A model generated the notes under the pieces. That model was given only the letters and a program-made list of their open reading frames with translations. It did no database searches and was not told where the DNA came from. The translations under genes and the position numbers were made by a program. This document shows, piece after piece, positions 55,483 to 56,240 of a stretch of 56,240 nucleotides of DNA (its first letter is position 1; each line of letters starts with the position of its first letter). Source of the DNA: an uncultured Thermoplasmata archaeon. GTDB lineage: Archaea; Thermoplasmatota; Poseidoniia; MGIII; CG-Epi1. The stretch is taken from the NCBI GenBank assembly GCA_963996465.1, contig CAXEHI010000038.1, forward strand, positions 1 to 56,240. Reading direction: 5' to 3'.

Positions 55483-56240
55483 GGATATGGATATAAGAGT
55501 TTTAAAAAGTAAAGATCTATAACTAAAAATATAGTTGCAACTGTACAAGTTATCAACATTACAGGTAATCCTACACGCATCCATTCTACAGCACTAATCG
55601 GTTTACCACTTCTTTCACTTATTGCAACAGTCACTACATTTGCAGATGAACCTATAGGGGTCGCATTCCCTCCGAAACCTGCACCCATCGCTAATGCCCA
55701 CATCAATGGATGTACATTTATTCCATGCACAGCCAATCCTTTCAAAGTAGGTATCATTGCCGCTGTGAATGGTATATTATCCACTATCGCAGAAGCAATA
55801 GCCGCTACCCATAATACCACCACGGCTAGTAAAATTGGATGTTCTCCTTCACCAGTTACATGATATATCCATAATCCAAATTCTTCTAGATAACCCATCG
55901 CTTCTAGTGATCCAACTAATACAAATAGACCTACAAAGAACAATAGAGCAGTCCATTCTACATGTTTAACAACTTTCTCTATATCTGGATTATTCAAGGC
56001 TAAAGTTAATCCTGCACCCATTAATGATATGGTTGCAATATGTATATGTAAATGTAAAATTTCAACAGAAGAGAAGAACACAATAGTTATTCCCAAGGCG
56101 ATCAAGGTCCTATTCATCATACCTCTATTTTTTACAGCAGCCCATTCATCTTCTTTCATTATATCTTCTACATGCTTTGGCTTAACATTTATCCAATCTC
56201 TATAGTACCATCTTATGTATGCTAAGGTAGCCACCCAAGC
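55479..56240 (-). CDS. ArsB/NhaD-superfamily ion permease (C-terminal half; 5' end beyond the window)
   Basis: VEWTALLFFVGLFVLVGSLEAMG, DNIPFTAAMIPTL and GGNATPIGSSANVV patterns. The reading frame stays open to the window end (56240). Confidence 0.65.
   Translation of the reverse strand, partial: AWVATLAYIRWYYRDWINVKPKHVEDIMKEDEWAAVKNRGMMNRTLIALGITIVFFSSVEILHLHIHIATISLMGAGLTLALNNPDIEKVVKHVEWTALLFFVGLFVLVGSLEAMGYLEEFGLWIYHVTGEGEHPILLAVVVLWVAAIASAIVDNIPFTAAMIPTLKGLAVHGINVHPLMWALAMGAGFGGNATPIGSSANVVTVAISERSGKPISAVEWMRVGLPVMLITCTVATIFLVIDLYFLKLLYPYP

Overview
Almost fully coding, low-GC archaeal chromosomal segment. Archaeal identity rests on TBP, aIF5A, an archaeal-type L3-L4-L23-L2-S19-L22-S3 ribosomal operon and SMC-ScpAB. 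The gene content (beta-oxidation operon, PPDK, giant surface proteins) suggests a marine Thermoplasmatota / Marine Group II-like organism, but that is inference only. Housekeeping content includes the r-protein operon, ValRS, MetRS, FolP, a PiT/PhoU phosphate module, archaetidylserine synthase and decarboxylase, a Trx-CcdA fusion, QueD, PPDK, TBP, aIF5A-agmatinase, PdxT, LipB and two tRNAs (Arg-UCU, Leu-CAA). I found no rRNA, CRISPR array, transposase or integrase. Six things stand out. (1) A 3114-aa secreted, C-terminally anchored protein is built from recurring modules: a D-x-[YF]-G-D-G-[GW] module I cannot assign to a named family, Asp-box beta-sandwich modules (one with a module nested in its Asp-box loop) and CARDB-like units. 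A hairpin and a rhomboid protease gene follow it. (2) A 1487-aa FG-GAP/PKD surface protein ends in a TM helix plus a cytoplasmic CxxC...CxxC zinc-ribbon tail. (3) A Fic-fold protein with a degenerate active-site motif (KPFEKYNGVFGR) directly abuts smc-scpA-scpB and a TatA-like gene, all with overlapping or abutting stop/start codons. (4) A seven-gene, translationally coupled beta-oxidation operon. (5) Perfect 30-bp in-frame tandem repeats sit in the uS3 tail at the window edge. (6) A GC-rich structured spacer lies upstream of rpl3. All family assignments come from motif reading by eye, with no database search.
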